This document shows, piece after piece, positions 20,862 to 31,762 of a stretch of DNA of 64,000 bases (positions are counted from its first letter, which is position 1; every line of letters begins with the position of its first letter). Position numbers and translations under genes: made by a program. The stretch covers positions 65,007 to 129,006 of the forward strand of contig CANJVR010000006.1 in assembly GCA_947478395.1 (NCBI GenBank). The letters run 5' to 3'. This DNA comes from Opitutia bacterium (GTDB taxonomy: Bacteria; Verrucomicrobiota; Verrucomicrobiia; Opitutales; Opitutaceae). The notes beneath the pieces were generated by a model that saw only the letters and a program-made list of their open reading frames with translations, was not told the origin of the DNA and searched no databases.

Positions 20862-22526
20862 TTAAGCTTTACCCAGCAATTCCTCCGCGTGCGCCAGCGC
20901 GCTCTTGGCTTTGCTGTCGCCGAGCATGCGCGCGAGTTCGGTTACGCGCACCTTCCGGCTCGCCTGGATCGGACTAATCGTCACCACCGCGCGATCCTTC
21001 GATTGATCCTTGGTCACGACCAGATGACACGTCGCCTGCGCCGCCACTTGCGGGAGGTGCGTGACGCACAGCACTTGATGGCTCGCCGCGATCTCCGCCA
21101 TTTTCTCGCCAACGACGCGGCCGATTTCGCCGCCAACATTGGCGTCCACTTCATCGAACACGAGCAGAGGAACACCGTCCAAATCGGCGAGCACAGTCTT
21201 CAACGCGAGCATCACGCGCGCCAGTTCTCCACTCGACGCGATGCGACTCAAAGGCAGCGGCGCCTCACCGACGTTCGGCGAAAAAAGAAATTCACAACTC
21301 GAGTCGCCCGTCGCACCCAGCTCCGGGAGCGCGACGATGTTCACCTGGAAATCCGCTTTCTTGAACCCGAGCTGCGCGATGCTTTTCGCCGCGATCTTCG
21401 CCAGATCTTTCGCCGCTTTCGCGCGACCAATCCGCAACGCCGCCGCGTCTTTGCGCGCCGCCCGCTCCGCATCCACGATCAGTTTTTCCAATCGCGCCAG
21501 CGTACCTTCCAGATCGCCCTGAACTTCCAGCCGGCGCCGCATCTCATCGCGCGCCGTGATCACCGCCGCCAGATCGCCGCCGTGTTTCCGCTTCACTTCG
21601 AGCCAGGTGTTCATGCGCTCCGCGATCTGCTCCGCTTGCTCGGGATCGAACTGCAACGCCGAGCCCAAGTCCGCGAACTCCGCGCTGAGCTCGTTCAACT
21701 CCACGGTGGCCGCCTCCATCCGGTCGGCCAACGCCTTGCTCGCCGGATCGATCGCCTCGAGCGTCCGGGCCTCACGCAACAGTCCCGCCACGCGCCCCAA
21801 GACACCTTCGTCACCGGTCAAACCTTCCGCGATGGTTTGCGTGAGTTCGATCAATTCCTGCGCGCGGCTCATCCGTTGAAAATCCCGCTCCAAAGCCCCG
21901 ATCGCCTCGTCGGTCAAATCCAGCGCTTCGAGCCGTGCGAGCTGGTTCGCGAGAAAGCCGATCTGATCCGGGGACAATTTCGTTTCGCCCACCATCTCCG
22001 CGCGCTGCGCCTTCAACTCACGCCACGCCTGAAACGTCTTTCGGTAGGCCGCGAGATTTTCGCCCGCGCGTCCGTACAAATCCAGCAACTCGAGCTGGCA
22101 GCTCTCCTTCAACAATCGCCGCGGCTCGCTCGGACCGTGAAAGTCAACCCACGACTCACCGATGCGCTGCAACGCGGCCAGCGTCGCGAGGCTGCCGTTG
22201 ATCGTGATCTTCGGCGCCTTGTCGCGGGCCAGACTCCGCTTCAAAAGCATCAAGCCGTCCTCGCACGGAGGAAGTTCCAGTTCGCCGAGAATCGCGTCGA
22301 GCGCGCGGGGCTCAGCAAAGAAAAGTGCGGCCTCCACTTCGCACGCCGCCGCACCCTGCCGGATGATGGTTTTATCGGCTCGCTCACCGGCGAGCAGCGA
22401 TAACGCGCCCAGCAAAATACTTTTGCCCGCGCCGGTCTCGCCGGTGACCGCGGTGAACCCCGCTTCGAAATCGAGCGACACTTCCTCGAGCAGGGCGAGG
22501 TTGCGGATGCGGAGCGATTGCAGCAT
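20862..22526 (-). CDS. recN: DNA repair protein RecN
   Basis: TGETGAGKS Walker A, ASSGELAR signature and FDEVDANVGG. Confidence 0.96.
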   Translation of the reverse strand: MLQSLRIRNLALLEEVSLDFEAGFTAVTGETGAGKSILLGALSLLAGERADKTIIRQGAAACEVEAALFFAEPRALDAILGELELPPCEDGLMLLKRSLARDKAPKITINGSLATLAALQRIGESWVDFHGPSEPRRLLKESCQLELLDLYGRAGENLAAYRKTFQAWRELKAQRAEMVGETKLSPDQIGFLANQLARLEALDLTDEAIGALERDFQRMSRAQELIELTQTIAEGLTGDEGVLGRVAGLLREARTLEAIDPASKALADRMEAATVELNELSAEFADLGSALQFDPEQAEQIAERMNTWLEVKRKHGGDLAAVITARDEMRRRLEVQGDLEGTLARLEKLIVDAERAARKDAAALRIGRAKAAKDLAKIAAKSIAQLGFKKADFQVNIVALPELGATGDSSCEFLFSPNVGEAPLPLSRIASSGELARVMLALKTVLADLDGVPLLVFDEVDANVGGEIGRVVGEKMAEIAASHQVLCVTHLPQVAAQATCHLVVTKDQSKDRAVVTISPIQASRKVRVTELARMLGDSKAKSALAHAEELLGKA

Positions 22527-22952
22527 GGACCGCAACAGCGCCAAAAAAGTCGGCGGCTTACAAGCGCGACGGTGGTCAGTTTTTTGGGCGCGCGGCCGCG
22601 TGACACACCGGCCGCTCGCGCCACCCGCACAAACAGGAGAGTCCAATCTGGGCCGACCTTTGGTCAGCGCAGAACGGATTCAGCAAAATCCCCGTAACCG
22701 CAGGGCTGCGTGCATCGCGACGCCAAACCAGCGCGTAAGGGATAATGAGCACTATTCGTCACCACTCGGTGGCCGTTAGCGTTCAGGCGCGGGCCACCGA
22801 TGATTTCCATGCGACGGGCTCAATCGGAGAACTCAACCGTCCGGCCCGCTTGCGATGTAATCGTCGACCGGATGCAAACGGAGCGCACGTCCAACCATAA
22901 TTTTCTTGCACACCAGAGAGGCGCTCGCGTTACTCACCGACCTGAAATTTGG

Positions 22953-23029
22953 GGACCTTTAGCTCAGTTGGTTAGAGCGTTTCGTTGACATCGAAAAGGT
23001 CACTGGTTCGAGTCCAGTAAGGTCCACCA
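22953..23029 (+). tRNA. tRNA-Val(GAC)
   Basis: GGACCTT/AAGGTCC acceptor stem, TTTCG-TT-GAC-AT-CGAAA anticodon arm, encoded CCA. Confidence 0.97.
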
Positions 23030-23399
23030 TTCATTATTCCACGGGGGGCTTCATTTTTCTTTTTCAGAGGAGAAATGACAGTTTTTAGGCGAGCCAACGC
23101 AGAGTAATGTTGGTCGTTTTTGGTTTTAAATAGACCGCCAACGAAAACCCCAGATGCGCAACCCATGACGGGGATGCGGGATTCGAGCCGGAGCCGCGAT
23201 TAGTCCGGAAGATTGGCTGATATGGGGGACGAGCGATGGACGGCGCCTTCACGGCGCGTTCGATTTCTTCAAAACCCGCGACGAAGGAGGCGCTCACAAT
23301 CACGGCGCCGGTGCCGAACCAGTTTGAGTTCGGGCGAAAATACCGGCGGAAGTTTGCGGCGTGGATCTTTGCCCCGCCGCCGCGAGCCGCTCTGACCGC

Positions 23400-24296
23400 T
23401 TAGAAGCGGGTGTTGAGCGCGAAGCTCACCCACGTGACGTTGTCGCCCCTGAGACGATAGTCGCGGTCGGGGAATTCGAAACGGCGCATCGCCGTGTAGC
23501 CGAAATCAGCTTCGATCTCTAAGTTGGAGGCGATTTTGTAAGTCGCTCCGATGCCACCGCGAATCTCGGTCACATCGAGGAAGGTGTTATTGAGGCTTTG
23601 GACACCGGGCGCGGGTACGCCGAGATTTTTGGTGATGCGGTAATTGCCGCCGAAGGCACTAAGACCACCCCGCAGGGTAAGATCGGAATTCAAGGCGTAG
23701 GACAGCCCCGTGCGCGGGAAGCCGATGTCGAGTTGAAGGTCCTGCGCCACTTTTAACCGTAAGCCGAGAACCGGTAGCACGGGGTGGTCGTTGAAGGCAT
23801 TAGCGGTCACGCCAAAGATCCAAGTGATGGAGGGATTTGGCACGTAAAACGCGGCGAGGAAGAGCGGGGCGTTGAAGCTGTCGGAACCGATTTTCTCAAA
23901 ATCACCGTAGAGGCCGGGACGCAGCGCGACGAGGTACGCCCATTCTTTGCTAAAGACGCCGCGGACGCCGAGGTTGACCGAGAATTCCTGCACGGTCTTA
24001 GGCAGTGGGGTGTTATCGGGCGTCTCGATCGTCGTATGCGAGTAAGCCACACCGGGATTGAACAACATGCCTTCGGCAACGGGTACCCGACCAGAGGCGC
24101 TGAATTCAAAGCGGGTCATGCTGATGCCGTCGATCTTCGTGGCTCCGCGCTTGAAATCACCGGCGCCCGAGTACGAGTAGCTGCTGGCAAACGTATCGAT
24201 CAAAGCCGGACGGAAAGTCACACTGGACGGTTGAGCAAATCCGACGGCGGTAAGGCTGGCGGCCAAACAGGTGAAGAGAAGGGAGCGGAGGTTCAT
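23400..24296 (-). CDS. Outer-membrane beta-barrel protein (DUF6268-like)
   Basis: Signal peptide, alternating amphipathic strands, C-terminal ...FALNTRF. Confidence 0.75.
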   Translation of the reverse strand: MNLRSLLFTCLAASLTAVGFAQPSSVTFRPALIDTFASSYSYSGAGDFKRGATKIDGISMTRFEFSASGRVPVAEGMLFNPGVAYSHTTIETPDNTPLPKTVQEFSVNLGVRGVFSKEWAYLVALRPGLYGDFEKIGSDSFNAPLFLAAFYVPNPSITWIFGVTANAFNDHPVLPVLGLRLKVAQDLQLDIGFPRTGLSYALNSDLTLRGGLSAFGGNYRITKNLGVPAPGVQSLNNTFLDVTEIRGGIGATYKIASNLEIEADFGYTAMRRFEFPDRDYRLRGDNVTWVSFALNTRF

Positions 24297-24516
24297 GGTG
24301 ACGAGATAGCTACGCACCACGGCAGCTCTTAGACGCAGTTTCCAGAAAATAGTGGCGCCCGCGCAGGATGCTAAGGTGCTTCGCCAAATTGTGAGGTTAC
24401 TCGTCGCATCCTGCGACTGTTGCGGGCGGCGCATCGCAAACGCAGAAATCGATGGTCACGGATGCGGTGAGACGCCGCCACGTCCGCGGCGCACCAGCGC
24501 CCCTTCGACGAATTCT

Positions 24517-25452
24517 CTAGTGCATCGCCCGCACGGCCGCCACATCCCGCGCAATTTGCGCCTGCAATTCAGGGAGGCTCGCGAACTTCATTTCCGGCCG
24601 CACAAAACGTAGCCACTCGACTTTGATCTCGTCCCCTTCCCCGAACGGGCACGGCCCCAGCACGTGCGTTTCCAGGCGCGGCGCACTGCCCGACTCCACC
24701 GTCGGACGCAGCCCGTAATTCGCCACGCCCGGCAGCGGGCGCGGTGACTTCGCCCCGGAGACGCGCACCGCGTAAACCCCAAATTTCGGCGCCAGATCCG
24801 GCGTCCATGGCAGATTCAAGGTCGGGAAACCAATCGTGCGCCCGAGACGTTTCCCCGGCGTGACCGCTCCTGTGGAAAAATAACTGTAGCCAAGCAGGGC
24901 GTTTGCCGCGGCGATTTCGCCGGTCGTCAGCAGACCGCGAATGCGCGTGCTGCTGATCGGCTCGCCGCCGAAATTCACCCGCGGCGCACTAAAGACATCA
25001 ACCCGATGCTCCCGGCCCTTCGCGACCAGCAGCGCCACGTCGCCCCGCCGACCGCGGCCGAACCGCCAGTTTTCACCGACGTAAACCGCGGCGAGCTGCG
25101 GCAGGCGTTTTTGCAGTCGTGGGATGAAATCCTCCGCTTCGATCCGCGCATAATCAGGCGTGAAAGGTTCAGTGATGATCGCATCGACTCCCACGGTGCC
25201 AAGGACCCGCGCCTTGGTCGCGACGTCCATAATGAGGCGCGTCGGCTGATCCGGCCGAAACAAGGCGCTCGGATGCGGCCAAAACGTCAGCACCGCCGCG
25301 ATGCCGCCACTGCGCCGGGCCGAATGGACCGCCGCCTCGATCACGGCTTGGTGGCCCAGATGCACGCCATCGAACATCCCAAGCGCCAGGTGCAACGGCC
25401 CGGCTGGGAGCGTCGCATGGGCGAGTCCGGAAAATTCCAGCGGCGCGTTCAT
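24517..25452 (-). CDS. ribF: Riboflavin kinase / FAD synthetase
   Basis: GMFDGVHLGHQ, ISSTRIR, GRTIGFPTLN, RPEMKF motifs. Confidence 0.96.
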   Translation of the reverse strand: MNAPLEFSGLAHATLPAGPLHLALGMFDGVHLGHQAVIEAAVHSARRSGGIAAVLTFWPHPSALFRPDQPTRLIMDVATKARVLGTVGVDAIITEPFTPDYARIEAEDFIPRLQKRLPQLAAVYVGENWRFGRGRRGDVALLVAKGREHRVDVFSAPRVNFGGEPISSTRIRGLLTTGEIAAANALLGYSYFSTGAVTPGKRLGRTIGFPTLNLPWTPDLAPKFGVYAVRVSGAKSPRPLPGVANYGLRPTVESGSAPRLETHVLGPCPFGEGDEIKVEWLRFVRPEMKFASLPELQAQIARDVAAVRAMH

Positions 25453-25492
25453 GCAAGGTGGAGCGTGTTGCCCCGAACGCGCTGCGCTCTGG

Positions 25493-25553
25493 TGGGAGCG
25501 CGGCCGCCCCCGGCCGCATGGTTGCGGAGCGGCCGAGGGCAGCCGCGCTCCCA
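25493..25553. repeat. Inverted REP pair (family A)
   Basis: TGGGAGCGCGGCCGCCCCCGGCCGC ... GCGGCCGAGGGCAGCCGCGCTCCCA. The left copy is identical to the reverse complement of 48140-48164. Confidence 0.85.
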
Positions 25554-25576
25554 AGTTTCGCTCCGCTTCGACGCGT

Positions 25577-26302
25577 TCACAGCGCAATGCTCGGCACCAC
25601 GTCGCGCGGGTGCAGCAAAACCTTTTCCAGTTCCGGCAGCGTCAGCGCGTTGATCTGCTCCAGCGTCAGCGCTTTTTCCAACGTGAGTTTGTCCGTCGCC
25701 GTACGCCGCAACGCCGTGAGATGCGCCCCGCAGCCAAGCTTTTCGCCGAGATCGTGCGCGAGCGTGCGGATGTACGTGCCCTTCGTGGAGCGCACGCGAA
25801 AATCGATCTCGGGCGGCGCGAATCGCGTCACCTCCCACTCGATCACCCGGATAAATCGCGGCTCGCGCACGATCTCCTCGCCCTTGCGCGCGAGTTTGTA
25901 GAGCGGCACCCCGTCGACTTTGATCGCGGAAAACATCGGCGGTATCTGATACTGGTCGCCTAACATCGTCTTGATCACCGCGCGCACGCCTTCCTCGGTC
26001 AGGGGCGGCACCGGGCGGGTCAGCACGATCTCGCCGTCGGCGTCCTGCGAGTTCGTCGTCTCACCGAGTTTCAGCGTGCCGACATATTCCTTGTCCAGGC
26101 TGATCAAATACTGCGACACGGCCGTCGCCTTGCCGACGAGCACGATGAGCAATCCAGTCGCCATCGGATCGAGCGTGCCCGCGTGGCCGATACGCTTCAT
26201 GCGCAGCTTGCCGCGCAAACGGGCGATCACGTCGTGCGAGGTATGGTCGCGGGGCTTGTCGACGAGTAAAATGCCGTCGAGTTCTTTGGCGGGCAGCAGC
26301 AT
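25577..26302 (-). CDS. truB: tRNA pseudouridine(55) synthase
   Basis: [28 protein letters not shown] motifs. Confidence 0.97.
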   Translation of the reverse strand: MLLPAKELDGILLVDKPRDHTSHDVIARLRGKLRMKRIGHAGTLDPMATGLLIVLVGKATAVSQYLISLDKEYVGTLKLGETTNSQDADGEIVLTRPVPPLTEEGVRAVIKTMLGDQYQIPPMFSAIKVDGVPLYKLARKGEEIVREPRFIRVIEWEVTRFAPPEIDFRVRSTKGTYIRTLAHDLGEKLGCGAHLTALRRTATDKLTLEKALTLEQINALTLPELEKVLLHPRDVVPSIAL

Positions 26303-26315
26303 GGAAAGTCGTGCG

Positions 26316-27329
26316 TTATTTTTTGGGCGCGGCCGCTCCGTCCGTCAGGCGGCGCTGGAGTGCCGCCACCAGCCGCGGATAAAAATCGGCCGCGCCTGTT
26401 TTCAAACTGAGCCCCGCCGCGCAGGCATGGCCGCCGCCGCTGAATTCGCCCGCGAGCGTATCGACGCGATAAACTGGATCTTTTGCGCGCAGGCTGGCTT
26501 TCACCCCGCCGTCCGCACGCTCCTCGATCAAAACCCCGATGTCTACGCCCTCGATGCAGCGCGCATAGTCGACCAAGCCCTCGGTGTCTTCCGCCGTCGT
26601 GCCCGTCTCGGTAAACACACCCGCTGGGAGCCGGCCGATGCACACGCGGCCACCGCACTCCAGGCGCAGGGACGAAATAAATTTTTGCAGGAGCAGAAGT
26701 TTCCCGAGGCTTTCGCGTTCGAACAACTCGTAGCCGGCCTCAGCCGGCTGGGCGCCGCGGGCGACGAGTTCCCCGGCCAGTTGAAAACAGCGCCGCGAGG
26801 TCGCGTTGAAACGAAACTGTCCCGTATCGGTGAGAATCCCGGTGTAGAGCGCTTGGGCCGTGCGGGCGTCGATCGGCAGGCCAGCGTCGAGAAACACTCC
26901 GGCAAGAATTTCGCACGTCGCCGCGGCGTCGCGATCGACAAGATTGACCGCGGCATAGCCCCTATTCGAGCGGTGGTGGTCCACGTTCCCCACCGGCGCC
27001 GTGAAGTGTGCCTTCAGGCGTTCCCCGCTGCGGGCCTGATCCGCGCAATCGACAAAAACCGCCGCTCGACCCGCAGCCGCAAGCAAGGCCTCGTCTGTAC
27101 GCACGAACCGCGTTTCCGGCCCGAGAAACTGCAGGCGCCGCGGTATAATGTCCGCATTCACGCATACAACATCGTGGCCGAGCGCCGTCAAAACGCGGGC
27201 GAGCGCCACTTGGGAACCGATGCAATCACCGTCAGGACGCGCGTGGCCCACCACCGCGACCGGACGACCGGCTAGCGCGGCGCGCAAGCGGGCGAAGTCG
27301 GCGGCGAGAGCGGGAAAATAACTTTCCAC
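26316..27329 (-). CDS. DHH-family phosphoesterase (NrnA-like)
   Basis: [23 protein letters not shown] motifs, in the usual position between rbfA and truB. Confidence 0.92.
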   Translation of the reverse strand: MESYFPALAADFARLRAALAGRPVAVVGHARPDGDCIGSQVALARVLTALGHDVVCVNADIIPRRLQFLGPETRFVRTDEALLAAAGRAAVFVDCADQARSGERLKAHFTAPVGNVDHHRSNRGYAAVNLVDRDAAATCEILAGVFLDAGLPIDARTAQALYTGILTDTGQFRFNATSRRCFQLAGELVARGAQPAEAGYELFERESLGKLLLLQKFISSLRLECGGRVCIGRLPAGVFTETGTTAEDTEGLVDYARCIEGVDIGVLIEERADGGVKASLRAKDPVYRVDTLAGEFSGGGHACAAGLSLKTGAADFYPRLVAALQRRLTDGAAAPKK

Positions 27330-27340
27330 GGCGAACGCGA

Positions 27341-27748
27341 TCAGGGCGCCGGATCCGCCGCAGGTGTTTCGGCGACGGGGGGAGGCGCGGTTACCGCCGG
27401 CGTCACCGGCGAAATCTTGTCCATATCGTCCAGCATCGCGAGGACGCGGGCGCTACGCGGCGTCGTTTCGTCCAAGGCATAGACGAGCTTCGGCAGAAAT
27501 TTTAACGTGATCAGTTTACCTAACTCTTCGCGAATTTCCGCGGACTTGCGTCGCAGCCAGACCATGCCGCGTTCAACCGCTTCGTCGTTGCCCACGATGG
27601 CCACGCGGACCTTGCCGTCGCGCAGATCCGGCGCGATGCGGACCTCCGTGATGGTGATCGCCACCGACTCCTCCTGATAACGCCGGCGCAAAATGCCATT
27701 CAGCTCGCGCTGAACCAACTCATTGATGCGGACGGTGCGGTTGCTCAC
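27341..27748 (-). CDS. rbfA: Ribosome-binding factor A
   Basis: RINELVQREL, ITITEVRIAPDL, PKLVY motifs, downstream of infB. Confidence 0.93.
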   Translation of the reverse strand: MSNRTVRINELVQRELNGILRRRYQEESVAITITEVRIAPDLRDGKVRVAIVGNDEAVERGMVWLRRKSAEIREELGKLITLKFLPKLVYALDETTPRSARVLAMLDDMDKISPVTPAVTAPPPVAETPAADPAP

Positions 27749-27833
27749 GGAGATTTCGACTTCTGAGTTTCGACGCCCGATCTCGCAAGCGGAGCATTGG
27801 CTCCAAGCGAAAATCGAGCATCAAAAATTAAAA

Positions 27834-30401
27834 TTACAACGCGGCCCGGACCTTTTGCACTTCGAAGCACTCGATGACGTCGCCCACTTCGTAGCCGTTG
27901 AAATCGTCGAGCTTGATGCCGCACTCGAGGCCGGCGCGGACTTCGTTCGCGTCGTCCTTGAACCGTTTAAGCGTACCGATCTTGCCTTCGTGCATGATCT
28001 CTTTTTTCCGCCGCACGCGGGCCGAAGCGCCGCGGTTGATTTTGCCCTCGGTGACGAGACAACCGGCCACAAAACCCTTCGCGAGCGGGAACGTCGCGCG
28101 GACTTCCGCAGCGCCGGTCTTCGTTTCCTTGAGATCGGGATCGAGCAGGTCGGCCATCATCTCGCGCACCTTGTCGGCGAGTTCGTAGATGATACCAAAG
28201 CTTTCAATGCGCACGCCGTGATGTTTCGCGAGCGGCGTGACGCCGTTCTCCAACTTGGTGTTGAAGCCCACGATCACCGAGCCGGCGGCACCGGCCATCA
28301 GCACGTCGTTCTTCGTGACGATGCCGACTTCGGTCGAAACAATCTCGAGCGAAACTTTGGTGCTCTTGATCGCCTCAAGGAGGTTCCGGACCGCCTCGGT
28401 CGAGCCGAAAACATCCGTTTTGACGATAAGCTTGAGGACCTTCGCCTGGGTGGCGGCGATGTTGGCAAAAAGATGGGCGACCGACATTTCCTTCGGCACC
28501 GCGTCGGAGGTCGTCGTGATTTTCTTCACGCGCTGCTGCTCCTCTTCCGCGAGGTTTTCCGCTTCGCGGGTGTTCTTGACGACTTTGAATGCGGCGCCGC
28601 TGTCCGGGGTGCCACTCCAACCAATCACGCGCACAGGCGTGGCCGGCGGGGCTTCCTTCAAAGGCTTGCCTTGGTCATCAAACATCGCGCGCACCTTCGC
28701 CCAATTCGGGCCGCAAACGATGGCATCACCGACGCGCAGTGTGCCGCGCTGCACAATCACGGTCGCGAGCGGACCTCGACCCACGTCCACCTGCGACTCG
28801 ATAATCACGCCGGTGGCATCCGCTTTCGGGTTGGCCTTTAGCTCCAGCACATCGGACTGGAGAATAATCATCTCAAGCAGATCGTTGATACCGGTGCCCT
28901 TGATCGCAGAAACGGGGACCGTGACCGTCTCGCCACCCCAGTCCTCGGGGGCGATATTGCGCTGCTGCATCTGGCTTTTGACCTGATCGATGTTCGCGCC
29001 TTTCACGTCCATCTTGTTCACGGCAACGATCAACGCGAATTTTTCGGGCTGCTGCTCCTTGACGCCAAGCGCGATCTTCAGCGCTTCGTCGGTCTGCGGC
29101 ATGAAACCGTCGTCTGCCGCCACCACGAGAATCGCGACATCAGTCACGCTCGCGCCGCGCGAACGCATCTTGGTGAAGGCCGCGTGACCGGGCGTATCGA
29201 GGAACGTGATCCTACGGCCGTTGAAATCGATCTGGTAGGCGCCGATGTGCTGCGTGATGCCGCCAGCCTCGCCCTTGGCAACGTCCGCCTTGCGGATTGC
29301 ATCGAGCAACGAGGTCTTGCCGTGGTCGACGTGACCCAAAATACAAACGACCGGCGGCCGGGCGACGAGATGCGCGGACTCGTCCTCTTCAGGTTTCTTT
29401 TCCTTTTTCTCCTTTTGGCTCTGCTGGGTGACGGCCGCGCCGCGATGTTTCACTTCGAGCAGGAAACCGTGTTTCTCAGCAAGCTTCGCCGCCACCGCTT
29501 CATCGAGCGACTGCGTGATGGCGGAGAAAATTCCCATCTGCATCAGCTCTGAAATGAGCTGGAAAGGCCGCATGCCGAGTGCCGTCGCGAAGTCGCGCAC
29601 GATCACCGGCGGCTTCATGCTGATCGTCTTCACATCGCCCACTTGGGTCACCGTGACGGACGACGACGGTGCGGATGGCGCGGCGGTGAGTGGACCGGCG
29701 CCGGGGAGCCCGGGCGGCCGGGGAACCAACGGTGGACGCGACGGCATCGACGGCAGCGCGACCGGCGCCTTCGACATCGGAGGCGGTAAGCTGGGGGCCG
29801 AAACCGGCACGGACGCCACGGGCGCCGGGGCGCGAGGCGCCACCGGAGCGGCGGCGGCCGGTGGAGTCACCACGGGCGCAGGCACAGGCGCTTTGACGAC
29901 CGGAGCTGGCACGACGGCGCGCGGCGGGAAAGCGGGCGGCGGCGTTGGTGCCTTCGCGACCGGTTGCGGCACGGCCACGGGCGGCGGCGTGGAAGATGGA
30001 CGAGGCGGCGGCGGGGGCGGCGCCTTTACCGGGGCCACGACGGGCGACGGAGGAACTGGCGCAGGTGCGGCCGCAATGCTGGCCGCGACCTTGGCGGCGG
30101 CGGCGACTTCTTTTTCGCGGGCAATATCCTGCGTGCTCTTCACAAACACGCCGGCGGGAATCCGCACCTGCGACGGTTCGTTTGCGACGACCTCCGAAGA
30201 CGCCACCGGAGCCGGAGCGGGCGCCGGCGCGGCAACTTTGGCGCCAAACTCTTTCTCAATTTCGTCGAAGTAGATTTTGCTGACCGTGCTCGAAACCGAC
30301 TTCGTATCCGCCGACACATAGCCCCGCTCCTTCAGGATCGCCAACATTTCCTTGGCTTCCTTGTTGTACTGCTTGGCTAGTTCGTGGATGCGGGTGCTCA
30401 T
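27834..30401 (-). CDS. infB: Translation initiation factor IF-2
   Basis: GHVDHGKTSLLD, DTPGHAAF, NKMD motifs, with a Pro/Ala-rich N-terminal linker. Confidence 0.98.
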   Translation of the reverse strand: MSTRIHELAKQYNKEAKEMLAILKERGYVSADTKSVSSTVSKIYFDEIEKEFGAKVAAPAPAPAPVASSEVVANEPSQVRIPAGVFVKSTQDIAREKEVAAAAKVAASIAAAPAPVPPSPVVAPVKAPPPPPPRPSSTPPPVAVPQPVAKAPTPPPAFPPRAVVPAPVVKAPVPAPVVTPPAAAAPVAPRAPAPVASVPVSAPSLPPPMSKAPVALPSMPSRPPLVPRPPGLPGAGPLTAAPSAPSSSVTVTQVGDVKTISMKPPVIVRDFATALGMRPFQLISELMQMGIFSAITQSLDEAVAAKLAEKHGFLLEVKHRGAAVTQQSQKEKKEKKPEEDESAHLVARPPVVCILGHVDHGKTSLLDAIRKADVAKGEAGGITQHIGAYQIDFNGRRITFLDTPGHAAFTKMRSRGASVTDVAILVVAADDGFMPQTDEALKIALGVKEQQPEKFALIVAVNKMDVKGANIDQVKSQMQQRNIAPEDWGGETVTVPVSAIKGTGINDLLEMIILQSDVLELKANPKADATGVIIESQVDVGRGPLATVIVQRGTLRVGDAIVCGPNWAKVRAMFDDQGKPLKEAPPATPVRVIGWSGTPDSGAAFKVVKNTREAENLAEEEQQRVKKITTTSDAVPKEMSVAHLFANIAATQAKVLKLIVKTDVFGSTEAVRNLLEAIKSTKVSLEIVSTEVGIVTKNDVLMAGAAGSVIVGFNTKLENGVTPLAKHHGVRIESFGIIYELADKVREMMADLLDPDLKETKTGAAEVRATFPLAKGFVAGCLVTEGKINRGASARVRRKKEIMHEGKIGTLKRFKDDANEVRAGLECGIKLDDFNGYEVGDVIECFEVQKVRAAL

Positions 30402-30435
30402 TCAGTTCGTCGGCAAAAAATAAAGTTCTGTTAGC

Positions 30436-31659
30436 TCAACCGGTAACGCGGCCAATAATGTCCGTCGCTTCCTCGGCGGTGAATCCGCCGCCGACGAGAT
30501 CTTCCGCCGCGACGCCTTCGAAGGCGGCGGGCGAGGTAATGCCCATGCGCACGAGACGCAGCGCGATCGCCGGGTCGAATTCGAACGCCTTCTTCAACGC
30601 GTCCGCCGCCGTCTGCTCCGGGTTGTCGCCGGCGGCCTTGAACTCTTCAATGTCGAGGCGCCAGCCGATGAGCCGGGAAGTGAGGCGGGCATTCTGCCCT
30701 TTGCGGCCGATCGCGATCGCGAGATCATCCGTGGCAACTTTGAGCACAATGCGGTGATTCTTGTCGTCGATGATGATCTCGCGCGGCGTGGCGGGCTTGA
30801 AAGCCTCGATCAGCATTTCGCGCGGGTCCGCGAAATATTTAATGATGTCGATCTTCTCGCCGTTTAATTCGCGGACGATGGTTTTCACGCGTGAACCACG
30901 AGCGCCGACACATGCGCCGACCGGATCAACTTTCTGGTCCTTGCTCGTGACGGCGATCTTGGTGCGGTAGCCGGGCTCGCGGGCGAACGCCTCGATTTTC
31001 ACGGTGCCATCGGCGATCTCGGTGACCTCGAGTTCGAACAGGCGGCGCACAAATTTCTGGCTCGCACGGCTGAGAATGATTTCCGGACCGCGAGGCGTAC
31101 TCTCGATTTCCAGGAGGATGCAGCGAATGCGGTCGCCAGGTTGATATTCCTCACCGGGGACTTGCTCCTTGACCGGCATGACAGCCTCGGCCTTGCCGAG
31201 ATCGACGAAGATGTCGTTGCGCTCACGACGGCGCACCGTGCCGGTCACAATATTGCCAATCTGATCCTTGAAGTCGTCGTAGATGCGGTCCTTTTCAAAC
31301 TGCCGCAGGCGCTGCATCACGGCCTGGCGCGCGGTTTGCGCGGCAATGCGACCGAGCGTCGAAGGATCGATTTCCCGCTCGATCATGTCGCCGAGCACAG
31401 AACCCGGTTTCACCGCCTGGGCTTTTTCGACGTGAATTTCCGTCCGCGGATTGCTGACCGAATCCACCACCTTCATCACGGCCCACGCTTTCAGCTGGCC
31501 GTTCTTCGGGTTGATATCGATCTTCAGTTCCTGCCCCGAGCTTACGCCCTTTTGGGCCGCAGTCTTCAACGCGTTCGTGATCGTCGAGATCATGTCGGCG
31601 CGCGGAATGCCCTTCTCCTTCTCCATGTATTCCAGGACGGACAGAATTTCGCTGCTCAT
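30436..31659 (-). CDS. nusA: Transcription factor NusA
   Basis: [41 protein letters not shown] motifs. Confidence 0.97.
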   Translation of the reverse strand: MSSEILSVLEYMEKEKGIPRADMISTITNALKTAAQKGVSSGQELKIDINPKNGQLKAWAVMKVVDSVSNPRTEIHVEKAQAVKPGSVLGDMIEREIDPSTLGRIAAQTARQAVMQRLRQFEKDRIYDDFKDQIGNIVTGTVRRRERNDIFVDLGKAEAVMPVKEQVPGEEYQPGDRIRCILLEIESTPRGPEIILSRASQKFVRRLFELEVTEIADGTVKIEAFAREPGYRTKIAVTSKDQKVDPVGACVGARGSRVKTIVRELNGEKIDIIKYFADPREMLIEAFKPATPREIIIDDKNHRIVLKVATDDLAIAIGRKGQNARLTSRLIGWRLDIEEFKAAGDNPEQTAADALKKAFEFDPAIALRLVRMGITSPAAFEGVAAEDLVGGGFTAEEATDIIGRVTG

Positions 31660-31762
31660 AAGTGTTGGTAGGTGAGGAAAAAAAAGGCGGGCCACAGGGC
31701 CCACCTTTTTGCAAAGTGTGGTTAATTGAGTGGGAGAACGTATTCGCCGCTCGGAAACCTTG

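Noticed and set aside
23160..23200. T-arm-like sequence (GGCTCGAATCCCGCATCCCCG, minus strand) near tRNA-Val, possible att site
   Set aside because: It does not match the 3' end of any tRNA in the window, and no integrase is nearby.
24286..24302. Second sRNA target over the start codon of the beta-barrel gene
   Set aside because: Only 5 contiguous pairs (GTTCA) plus scattered matches, which cannot be told apart from chance.
29640..30240. Low-complexity GC-rich stretch in infB as an inserted element
   Set aside because: It encodes the Pro/Ala-rich variable N-terminal linker that is typical of IF2.
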